Positions 31,638 to 39,038 of a DNA stretch of 64,000 bases are shown here, in pieces; position 1 is the first letter of the stretch; each line of letters starts with the position of its first letter. The DNA comes from Candidatus Latescibacterota bacterium. GTDB taxonomy: Bacteria > Latescibacterota > UBA2968 > GCA-2709665. A program made the translations under genes and the position numbers. The stretch lies in the NCBI GenBank assembly GCA_965203805.1, contig OZ241917.1:4064001-4128000 (forward strand), read 5' to 3'. The notes under the pieces were generated by a model. It saw only the letters and a program-made list of their open reading frames with translations. It had not been told where the DNA came from and did no database searches.

Positions 31638-32969
31638 ATGGCCTTGATGCTCCGACATAGACTATCCGGGGATTTGCCGGTGGGTTACAAGCGTACAGAA
31701 CTCGGGTTACTTCCTGACGCGTGGGAAGCAGTGCCTCTCGGTGATCTCTTCGTTTTCAAGAATGGCTTAAACAAAGCCAAGCGTTTCTTCGGTACCGGGT
31801 CACCTATCGTCAATTACATGGACGTTTTTAGACGCCCGGGACTTAAGGCGGAAGATTTGTCAGGAAGGGTTGACCTCAGTCCTGAAGAGATCAAGAAATA
31901 CAAGGTGCGGCAGGGCGACGTTTTTTTTACGCGTACTTCCGAGACTATTGAGGATGTAGGTGTCGCATCGGTTATGCTCAACGAGCCGCGCGATACCGTA
32001 TTCAGTGGTTTTGTTCTTCGCGCCCGGCCGCGCGGTGGCCGACTTGACAACGGTTACAAGCAGTATTGCTTCGGACCAAGAGAAGTTAGATCCCAAATCG
32101 TATCAAATGCAACATACACAACTCGTGCTTTGACGAATGGTCGATCCCTGTCGGCAGTGCGTATCCCAGTCCCACCAAAGCCTGAGCAACGCGCCATCGC
32201 CGCGGCATTGTCGGATGTGGATGGGTTGCTCACGGCGCTGGAAGCGCTGATCGCCAAAAAGCGAGCCATCAAGCAGGCCGCTAGGCAACAACTCCTTACC
32301 CGCAAGACTCGGTTGCCCGGGTTCACCGGGGCGTGGGTGACGAAGCGATTAGGTGAGCTAATTCGAATAATACCAAGTGGGATCTACGGCTTACCAAGAC
32401 AAAACGGGCAACTAATAGCAATGCCAGTCGCGACCACAGCACACATTGATATTGGTGACAGGTGGAATCACAAGAATATGGACATTCGCTATTTCACGGA
32501 AAATCAAAAAGCGAATTTTTCGCCTAGACAGGGCGATTTGATCGTTGTTAAATCAAGCGGCTCGTCCGAAAGTATACAATCTGGAAAGGTTGGATATGTC
32601 TCGGATGATCAAGCTGGGTTATTCATCTTTAGCAACTTTTTGATGCTCCTTCGCCCAATTTTCTGCAATTCACAATTCTTGTTCTTTCAACTGGTATCTA
32701 GTCGAGTGAAAAAGATGCTGCCACATTTGGTTGAAGCATCAACCTATCCCAATATCCGTATTGACGACTACTTGGACCTACAGATCCCGTTGCCGCCAAG
32801 TGAGGAACAGGCAGCGATTGTGGACATCTTATCTGAAATTGATGCCGAGATTACTTCTCTGGAGCTACGGAGAGACAAAGCCCGTGCTATTAAATGTGGT
32901 ATGGTGCAGCAGCTTCTCACCGGCCAGGTTAGGCTGGTCGACCCCGACTTTGATCACGCCAGGAGCTGA
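31638..32969 (+). CDS. hsdS: Type I R-M specificity subunit S
   Basis: Two TRDs with conserved spacers PPKPEQRAIAAALSDVD...QQLLT and PPSEEQAAIVDILSEID...QQLLTGQVRL. Confidence 0.95.
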   Translation: MALMLRHRLSGDLPVGYKRTELGLLPDAWEAVPLGDLFVFKNGLNKAKRFFGTGSPIVNYMDVFRRPGLKAEDLSGRVDLSPEEIKKYKVRQGDVFFTRTSETIEDVGVASVMLNEPRDTVFSGFVLRARPRGGRLDNGYKQYCFGPREVRSQIVSNATYTTRALTNGRSLSAVRIPVPPKPEQRAIAAALSDVDGLLTALEALIAKKRAIKQAARQQLLTRKTRLPGFTGAWVTKRLGELIRIIPSGIYGLPRQNGQLIAMPVATTAHIDIGDRWNHKNMDIRYFTENQKANFSPRQGDLIVVKSSGSSESIQSGKVGYVSDDQAGLFIFSNFLMLLRPIFCNSQFLFFQLVSSRVKKMLPHLVEASTYPNIRIDDYLDLQIPLPPSEEQAAIVDILSEIDAEITSLELRRDKARAIKCGMVQQLLTGQVRLVDPDFDHARS

Positions 32970-33044
32970 AGTTGGCTTAAGGATAGTGATTGAGAATTGT
33001 TAGACACACGTAATTCTTGAGCATAAGTATCCGGAGATATTCTG

Positions 33045-33998
33045 ATGTCCGATGCATTCAACACAAAGAAACAGCCAGTACCTTCTAGCATTGGTGACGA
33101 GTGCTTCCCTGCCCTATACCATTCTGCTGACAAAGCCTCACTTTCCGCGCAACAGCGTTTCATCTGTCTGCAAAGATGGCAAATCACTTGCCTCATTTTG
33201 GGTAGCGTTGGTGCTGTCACTGCGACAAATGTTGAGGTCGAAGTCGTCAAATTGGCTTATATTGTTTCGGCGATCGTACTAGCAATTCTAGTCATCCTCA
33301 CTTGGGTAACGCGTGCCCGTCGGGATGATAAAGTTTGGTTCGACTGTCGCGCCATTGCAGAGTCCACAAAGACAGCTACGTGGCGCTTCATGATGAAAGC
33401 TGCACCCTTCAAGGATGACAGCAAGGCTAGAAAGTTGTTCATTAACGAGCTTCGGCTAATACGAAAAGCGAGACCATTCATTGCGCAAAATTTGGCACAC
33501 AACTTAGACGCAAACGCCCCGTCCATAAGTGACTCAATGGATAATGTGCGCCAGAAGCCCTTGAATGATAGGCGATACGTGTATCTTGTGTCAAGGCTTC
33601 GCGACCAAAAGATTTGGTATTCCAATAAAGCCAAATTCAACTCAAGGATGGAACGGCGCTGGTTCTTTGGGGTGTTGGTACTACAGATTCTTGCCGTTGC
33701 TCTTGCAATCATCTGTGCTGCTACGGGTAGTTTGCCGGTAAACATCGTTCCATTGGTGTTAACCAGCGCCGCTGCTGGTATTGCATGGACCCGGATAAAG
33801 CGCTACGCTGAGCTAGCTCAGTCCTATTCGCTTGCGGCCCAAGAACTAGGAGACCAAGAAACAACCGCGTTGGATATAACGGAAGAAGCTGATTTCCTCG
33901 AACTCGTGGAGCAGGTCGAGCAGACCGTTTCTCGAGAGCACACTATGTGGTGTGCACGCCGAGATATAGTGTTCGATCCATCCGACATAAAGTACTAA
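33045..33998 (+). CDS. SLATT/DUF4231 tandem-domain 4-TM membrane effector
   Basis: FPALYHSADKAS..AQ, TM pair, WFDCRAIAESTK..TWRF; second unit RLRDQKIWYSNKA, TM pair, EQTVSREHTMW. Confidence 0.8.
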   Translation: MSDAFNTKKQPVPSSIGDECFPALYHSADKASLSAQQRFICLQRWQITCLILGSVGAVTATNVEVEVVKLAYIVSAIVLAILVILTWVTRARRDDKVWFDCRAIAESTKTATWRFMMKAAPFKDDSKARKLFINELRLIRKARPFIAQNLAHNLDANAPSISDSMDNVRQKPLNDRRYVYLVSRLRDQKIWYSNKAKFNSRMERRWFFGVLVLQILAVALAIICAATGSLPVNIVPLVLTSAAAGIAWTRIKRYAELAQSYSLAAQELGDQETTALDITEEADFLELVEQVEQTVSREHTMWCARRDIVFDPSDIKY

Positions 33999-34056
33999 CA
34001 TGGCCAAGGTTAGAATTCTGTCCTGAAGTCGACGCGTACGTGGACCCTTCAGAATA

Positions 34057-35103
34057 ATGCAATCAAGGATGATTGGGATGACCATCCAGCAAGGCAATGG
34101 ACCTAGATATCTTAATGCCGGGTTCTGTACCGCAATAGAACGAAGCCTTCAGTTATATGTCGCTAAGACATCCGTTCAGCTACCTTGCTTTTTCCCGTCC
34201 GTTTCGAGCGTGAAGACAGCCCTATTACCGGTAAATTACCTTGACCTTCTGACCGTTGCCGGCCATTCACCTATCTTGTCGTCAGCCTATGATTTAGCTC
34301 ATTGTCCTGCCGATCAGCGCTCGCAAATGGAAACTGCACTTTCGAGGCGTACAGAAAGCGGTACAATTGTACTTATCGATAGCGGAAACTACGAACGCTA
34401 TTGGAAAAAAGATACCGAATGGCAACCGGCTCATTTTCATGAGATAGTCGGTTCCTTTCATCACGATCTTTGCTTCTGTTATGACAACCTAGAGCCACCT
34501 GACTCGCCGAAATCGATCGCCCAGGACGTCGTTGCCAGTGTAATCAGAGATCAGGATCATGCACAATCAACAGTGCTTCCGATAGTCCATGGCAACGCAG
34601 AATCATTGCCAGATGCGGCGCGTTTAACTGCGGAACAACTCTACCCTCTATTGTTGGCTGTGGCGGAACGAGATCTGGGAGAGGGAATTCTCGAGCGGAT
34701 CCGCACCGTACGGAAAATTCGAGCAGCGCTAAATTCATTAGGTTTCTATTGCCCGCTTCACCTGCTCGGTACGGGCAATCCGCTTTCAATCATTGCCTAT
34801 ACATTGGCGGGAGCCGATAGTTTTGACGGATTGGAATGGTGTCAGGTCGTTGTTGATCACGAAAATGGCAGGATGTTACATATGCAGCAATGGGATTTGG
34901 TCCGTCATCAGACAGATTGGCGTCCATCTGACGAACTACCATACCGCTACGCTGTTTTGATGCACAATCTGGAATTTTATCGCGAGTTTATGGTGGGGCT
35001 TCATGACGCGCTACGTTACGGAACAGTTGAACCGTTCGTTCAACAATACACAACTAAGGAACAATTGGATCGACTCTTGTCTGCTACCAAAGGAGACCAA
35101 TAG
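34057..35103 (+). CDS. tRNA-guanine transglycosylase (TGT)-fold protein, Cap10-like
   Basis: LIDSGNYE (cf. DSGG[FY]Q), HLLGTG, GADSFDG, C-terminal HNL. No CxCxxC Zn site, so not a housekeeping Tgt. Confidence 0.75.
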   Translation: MQSRMIGMTIQQGNGPRYLNAGFCTAIERSLQLYVAKTSVQLPCFFPSVSSVKTALLPVNYLDLLTVAGHSPILSSAYDLAHCPADQRSQMETALSRRTESGTIVLIDSGNYERYWKKDTEWQPAHFHEIVGSFHHDLCFCYDNLEPPDSPKSIAQDVVASVIRDQDHAQSTVLPIVHGNAESLPDAARLTAEQLYPLLLAVAERDLGEGILERIRTVRKIRAALNSLGFYCPLHLLGTGNPLSIIAYTLAGADSFDGLEWCQVVVDHENGRMLHMQQWDLVRHQTDWRPSDELPYRYAVLMHNLEFYREFMVGLHDALRYGTVEPFVQQYTTKEQLDRLLSATKGDQ

Positions 35104-35104
35104 C

Positions 35105-35818
35105 ATGGCGACGATAAAATTCACGCTTCTGGCTATTGAACAAGCGATCCGCGATGTCTGCAACACATTAGACGAGCGCCCCGCTGTGTCATGGAGAAAG
35201 CACAACGAAGGTGATTTGTGGCGGGAGCTTGTGTCATGTATCCTCGGTAGTCGGGTTCGAATTAACGTTGTAAACTCAGCCATCGAACGCATGACCAGAA
35301 TGTCTTTGTTGTCGCGACCCCAGCCACACACTTGTTTCAATCAACTTGAAGAGGACACTCTAGCAGCACTTAAGGGAGTTTATCCTTTTTTTCGTGTCCG
35401 TGCCAATCAGATTCGGCGGGCAGCAGAGCACATATACAGTTCACGAGGTTCAATACGCAGCCTGTTAAACGACTTAGAAGACGTTTGCATCGCTCGAAGA
35501 TTGCTAGTGCGAGAGGTTCCCGGTCTGGGACCGAAACAGGCAAGTCTTTTCCTTCGCAACATTGGTTTTGCAAAGTACATTGCGATCTTGGATGTACATG
35601 TTCTGACTTATTTGCGTTGGGTAGGAATTAGTGGCTCATCGTTCAAATCGATTTCGAATCTGTGCGAATACGAAGCGTTGGAAGGCGCCTTTATCGAACA
35701 TGCCTGTGCGTTCGGATACTCGCCTGACCAATTCGACCTTGCGGTCTGGATTGTAATAAGGGTGGCAAAGGAGGAATCCAAATTTGCGGATCGTGACTCT
35801 TGTATCGGGTGGATATGA
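35105..35818 (+). CDS. HhH N-glycosylase/DNA lyase (Ogg-like), Cap11-like
   Basis: ELVSCILG, VPGLGPKQASLFLRNIG (HhH with catalytic Lys), AILDVHV (catalytic Asp); ATG 35105 directly after the TGT stop. Confidence 0.82.
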   Translation: MATIKFTLLAIEQAIRDVCNTLDERPAVSWRKHNEGDLWRELVSCILGSRVRINVVNSAIERMTRMSLLSRPQPHTCFNQLEEDTLAALKGVYPFFRVRANQIRRAAEHIYSSRGSIRSLLNDLEDVCIARRLLVREVPGLGPKQASLFLRNIGFAKYIAILDVHVLTYLRWVGISGSSFKSISNLCEYEALEGAFIEHACAFGYSPDQFDLAVWIVIRVAKEESKFADRDSCIGWI

Positions 35819-36380
35819 TTCAACACTTGTGAGCGTGATAGCGAAGGAGGAGGGAGCGGAGTTGTTTCCGCTCTTTATAGACTACGGCCAGCTTGCCGTA
35901 CGCAAGGAGTGGGAAGCCTGCGTGTGCCTTCACTCACAATTTGGTCTACCTCCTGTGACGTACATGGACTTGTCTGGGTTTGGAAAGACGATCTCAAGTG
36001 GTCTCACAGATTGTAATTTGCGTATTAATGAAGATGCATTTTTGCCGGGTCGCAATCTCCTCTTTGTCTTGGCAGGTGCGGCTCATGCTATCGACGTTCA
36101 GGCAAATAGCATCGCGCTCGGCCTACTCAATCCCGCGGATCATATCTTCCCAGACCAGACGAAACAGTTCTTGGAAGAATGCGAAAGGATGATCGAGGTT
36201 GCGATGGGGAGCCGCATTCTTGTCCTTGCGCCATTATTGGAGTTGTCAAAGCGAGAAGTCTTGCTCTTGGCCAGCAAACGAGGGATCACACAAACCTATT
36301 CGTGTCATGCTGGTGGTAAAGAACCTTGCGGGGTTTGTATTGCATGTATTGAAATCGATAATGCTAAAAAAAGGAGATAA
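35784..36380 (+). CDS. queC: QueC-family PP-loop ATPase, Cap9-like
   Basis: SGGYDS PP-loop, DYGQ, PGRNLLF, FPD, TYSC...CGVCIAC Zn site; TTG start with GAGGA RBS overlapping the upstream gene. Confidence 0.88.
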   Translation: MRIVTLVSGGYDSTLVSVIAKEEGAELFPLFIDYGQLAVRKEWEACVCLHSQFGLPPVTYMDLSGFGKTISSGLTDCNLRINEDAFLPGRNLLFVLAGAAHAIDVQANSIALGLLNPADHIFPDQTKQFLEECERMIEVAMGSRILVLAPLLELSKREVLLLASKRGITQTYSCHAGGKEPCGVCIACIEIDNAKKRR

Positions 36381-36382
36381 AG

Positions 36383-36886
36383 ATGGGCGGCATAGGTAGT
36401 GGTAGAGAATTAGACCCAAACGAACTGGAGTCACTCGAGCAGAGTGTCAGAAGGTCTCTTAAGGATCGTGTCGACGAGCACAAACGCAATGTGTTTATAA
36501 GCTTTTCATCGGATGATCTCAGTGAGGTTAATCTGCTGCGTGCTCAGGCGAGGAACCAAGACAGCAACATAGATTTCAATGATTGGTCACTGAGAAAACC
36601 GTTCGACAGTGAGGTAGCCGACTATATAAGGCGCGGTATTAGGGAACGAATTCGCCAATCTTCTGTAACTGTTGTCTATGTGTCTGAAAACACCGCAAGT
36701 AGCAAATGGGTCGACTGGGAGATAAGGGAGAGCCTCAAAATGGGAAAAGGCGTCGTTGCAATGCACAAAGGAAACACTGCACCACGACGACTTCCTAAGG
36801 CAATAATCGACAACAACATTAGTGTCGTACCCTGGAGACAAGATCACCTTGCGAGTATCATTGAGAGGGAATCCGAGAATCGTTAG
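36383..36886 (+). CDS. TIR-domain protein (ThsB/DUF1863-like) with Gly-rich N-terminal extension
   Basis: NVFISFS, IRRGIRERIRQSSVTVVYV, SKWVDWEI (catalytic Glu); AAGGAG RBS fixes start MGGIGSG. Confidence 0.87.
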   Translation: MGGIGSGRELDPNELESLEQSVRRSLKDRVDEHKRNVFISFSSDDLSEVNLLRAQARNQDSNIDFNDWSLRKPFDSEVADYIRRGIRERIRQSSVTVVYVSENTASSKWVDWEIRESLKMGKGVVAMHKGNTAPRRLPKAIIDNNISVVPWRQDHLASIIERESENR

Positions 36887-37104
36887 AAACGCAGGAATTA
36901 ACATTGACATGAAACGCCTCAGCAGTTTTCCTTGGGATTTGGCCGCAATTAGAATCGAGATTTGACTTTTCTGGACGGCGATTCTCTAATTAGCCGGACA
37001 TAAACGGGGGATAAGATGAATATTAACGAACCAAATGCCCCGTGCCTCTTGGGATTGCTAAATTGACGTCTTACAGTTAGGTGCTCGCTGAGGAGGGTCC
37101 CAAA

Positions 37105-38451
37105 ATGTTGACACGGCTACGTTTAGAGAATTTTAAATCCTGGGAAGATACAGGGAACATAACGTTTAAGCCTATCACAGGGTTTTTTGGTACCAATAGT
37201 TCTGGCAAGACCAGCCTTTTTCAAGCTCTGCTGTTAATGAAACAAACAGTCGACTCTTCGGACCCGGGAATTGTATTTCACTTCGGCGATGAGAAGACAC
37301 CTGTGGACCTAGGTGACTTTGAAAGCGTGGTCCACCAGCATGATACAAAGCGAAGTATTAAACTTTCACTTGGCTGGAACTCAGAGATTGAACTGCCTAT
37401 ATACGAAATTCGTAAGGCAGGGGCGACATCGCCAGGTGGCGAAATTGGCTTTGTTGCCGAGATCAAGGAAGAAAACATCGGTTCAGGGAAGTCTCCGATA
37501 TTGCAAGAAATGGCATATAGAGTCCGAGGGAGGCGGTTTGGATTGGTGCGTATAGCCGGTCGCAAGGCACACGAACTATTTGTTCAAGGTGCTGGTTTCG
37601 ATCACTCCCACCGTGTAAGGGATGACGAAAGAAATGTTAGGTCGCTCAAATTTCACGAGTTTCGATATTGGCCGCCTGAGTTCCTCAAAGACCCCACAGC
37701 AATGTACAGTCTACAAAACGCGATGGAGAGATTCCTGCGCGATCTCTATTATCTTGGACCTCTACGTGGCTACCCGTCTCGCATATATGCACGATCGGGA
37801 GCGCAACCGCGTGACATGGGCGCAGCAGGTGAGTTTGTAGTCGATGCGATACTTTCTTCACGTGAACGCGGCAGGAGAATTGGACAACGTAAACAATCTC
37901 AAAGTTTCGAGAGATATGTCGCTCAATGGCTAATGCGTCTCGGGATGATATTCGACTTTCGCGTAGTGGCATTAACTAAAGGGAGAAACTTGTACGAAGT
38001 AAAGGTTCGTAAGTCGCCCGATTCAGCGGAGGTCCTCCTCACTGACATTGGTTTCGGGGTTTCCCAGATTCTTCCCGTGTTGGTGTTGTGCTTTTATGTC
38101 CCCCGTAAGTCCAAGGTCATTTTGGAGCAGCCAGAGATTCACTTGCATCCTTCTGTACAGGCGGGCCTTGCTGATGTATTTATTGACGCTTGGCAGCAGC
38201 GCAATGTGCAGGTCTTGTTCGAAAGCCATAGCGAACATCTATTGCTTAGACTTCAACGTCGAATCGCAGAAGGAAAGATCAACAAGGATGACGTTAGCCT
38301 TTATTTCTGTTCAATGAACGACCAGGGTGCCTCAAACATTAGCCAGCTCGAGCTTGACAAATTCGGGAATATTTCCAATTGGCCTAAAGGGTTCTTTGGG
38401 GATCAGTTCGGTGAAATTGCCGCCATGAGCGAGGCCTTACAGAATAGGTAG
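37105..38451 (+). CDS. ABC-type ATPase (AAA_15/AAA_21 with DUF3696-like C-terminus)
   Basis: LENFKS, GTNSSGKT, IGFGVSQILP, ILEQPEIHLHP, ESHSEH, WPKGFF; GGAGG RBS. Confidence 0.88.
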   Translation: MLTRLRLENFKSWEDTGNITFKPITGFFGTNSSGKTSLFQALLLMKQTVDSSDPGIVFHFGDEKTPVDLGDFESVVHQHDTKRSIKLSLGWNSEIELPIYEIRKAGATSPGGEIGFVAEIKEENIGSGKSPILQEMAYRVRGRRFGLVRIAGRKAHELFVQGAGFDHSHRVRDDERNVRSLKFHEFRYWPPEFLKDPTAMYSLQNAMERFLRDLYYLGPLRGYPSRIYARSGAQPRDMGAAGEFVVDAILSSRERGRRIGQRKQSQSFERYVAQWLMRLGMIFDFRVVALTKGRNLYEVKVRKSPDSAEVLLTDIGFGVSQILPVLVLCFYVPRKSKVILEQPEIHLHPSVQAGLADVFIDAWQQRNVQVLFESHSEHLLLRLQRRIAEGKINKDDVSLYFCSMNDQGASNISQLELDKFGNISNWPKGFFGDQFGEIAAMSEALQNR

Positions 38452-38462
38452 GGGTATCTCGA

Positions 38463-38963
38463 GTGAATTCGAAGAAACCTGAGATAATCATGGATACCAA
38501 TGTCGCCGTAGTTGCAAATCATAATTACCAAGACTTCAACCGGAGTTGCATATTTAAGTGTAGAGAAACATTAAGTATGATCCAGAACGGAGGGTTTCGG
38601 CTTCTTCTTGACGACGAGAATCTGATTATAGACGAATACCGAAGAAACCTCAACCCTTCAGGGGAGCCTGGTCTCGGGGACTATTTCTTCCTGTGGCTTT
38701 GGAAAAACCAAGCTAACGACCAGCATTGCCGGAAAATCACAGTAAAGCCTCACCGAGACCGTGGCTTCGAGGAGTTTCCCAATGACCCAGATCTCGATAC
38801 TTTCGATTGGGATGATCGAAAGTTCGTGGCTGTAGCGTTGGCTAGCCATTCTAGTCCGGAGTTGTTAAACGCATCTGATACAGATTGGTGGCACCACCGC
38901 GCAACACTTCAAAAAAATGGGATTCACGTGGTGTTTGTCTGTCCGGACCTGATGGACGATTGA
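38463..38963 (+). CDS. PIN-fold-like protein
   Basis: IIMDTNV, IIDEY, DWDDRKFVAVA, SDTD acidic-residue pattern; 11 bp after the ATPase. Confidence 0.6.
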   Translation: MNSKKPEIIMDTNVAVVANHNYQDFNRSCIFKCRETLSMIQNGGFRLLLDDENLIIDEYRRNLNPSGEPGLGDYFFLWLWKNQANDQHCRKITVKPHRDRGFEEFPNDPDLDTFDWDDRKFVAVALASHSSPELLNASDTDWWHHRATLQKNGIHVVFVCPDLMDD

Positions 38964-39038
38964 GGCCAACTCATCGAGTGCGGCCAATGTCTTTCTCCCA
39001 GTTGTGAACTGGCCCGAGTTACTAAATTGCGAACGTAC

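Noticed and set aside
34057-36380. Housekeeping queuosine pathway or Dpd-type DNA 7-deazaguanine modification cluster
   Set aside because: No folE/queD/queE/queF or dpdB/dpdC-like genes in the window. The TGT lacks its Zn site, and the partners (glycosylase, TIR, SLATT) fit the type IV CBASS-like ancillary set better. Not fully excluded.
33045-36886. Canonical type IV CBASS or canonical Thoeris
   Set aside because: No CD-NTase motif and no ThsA-like SIR2/SLOG/Macro effector is recognisable.
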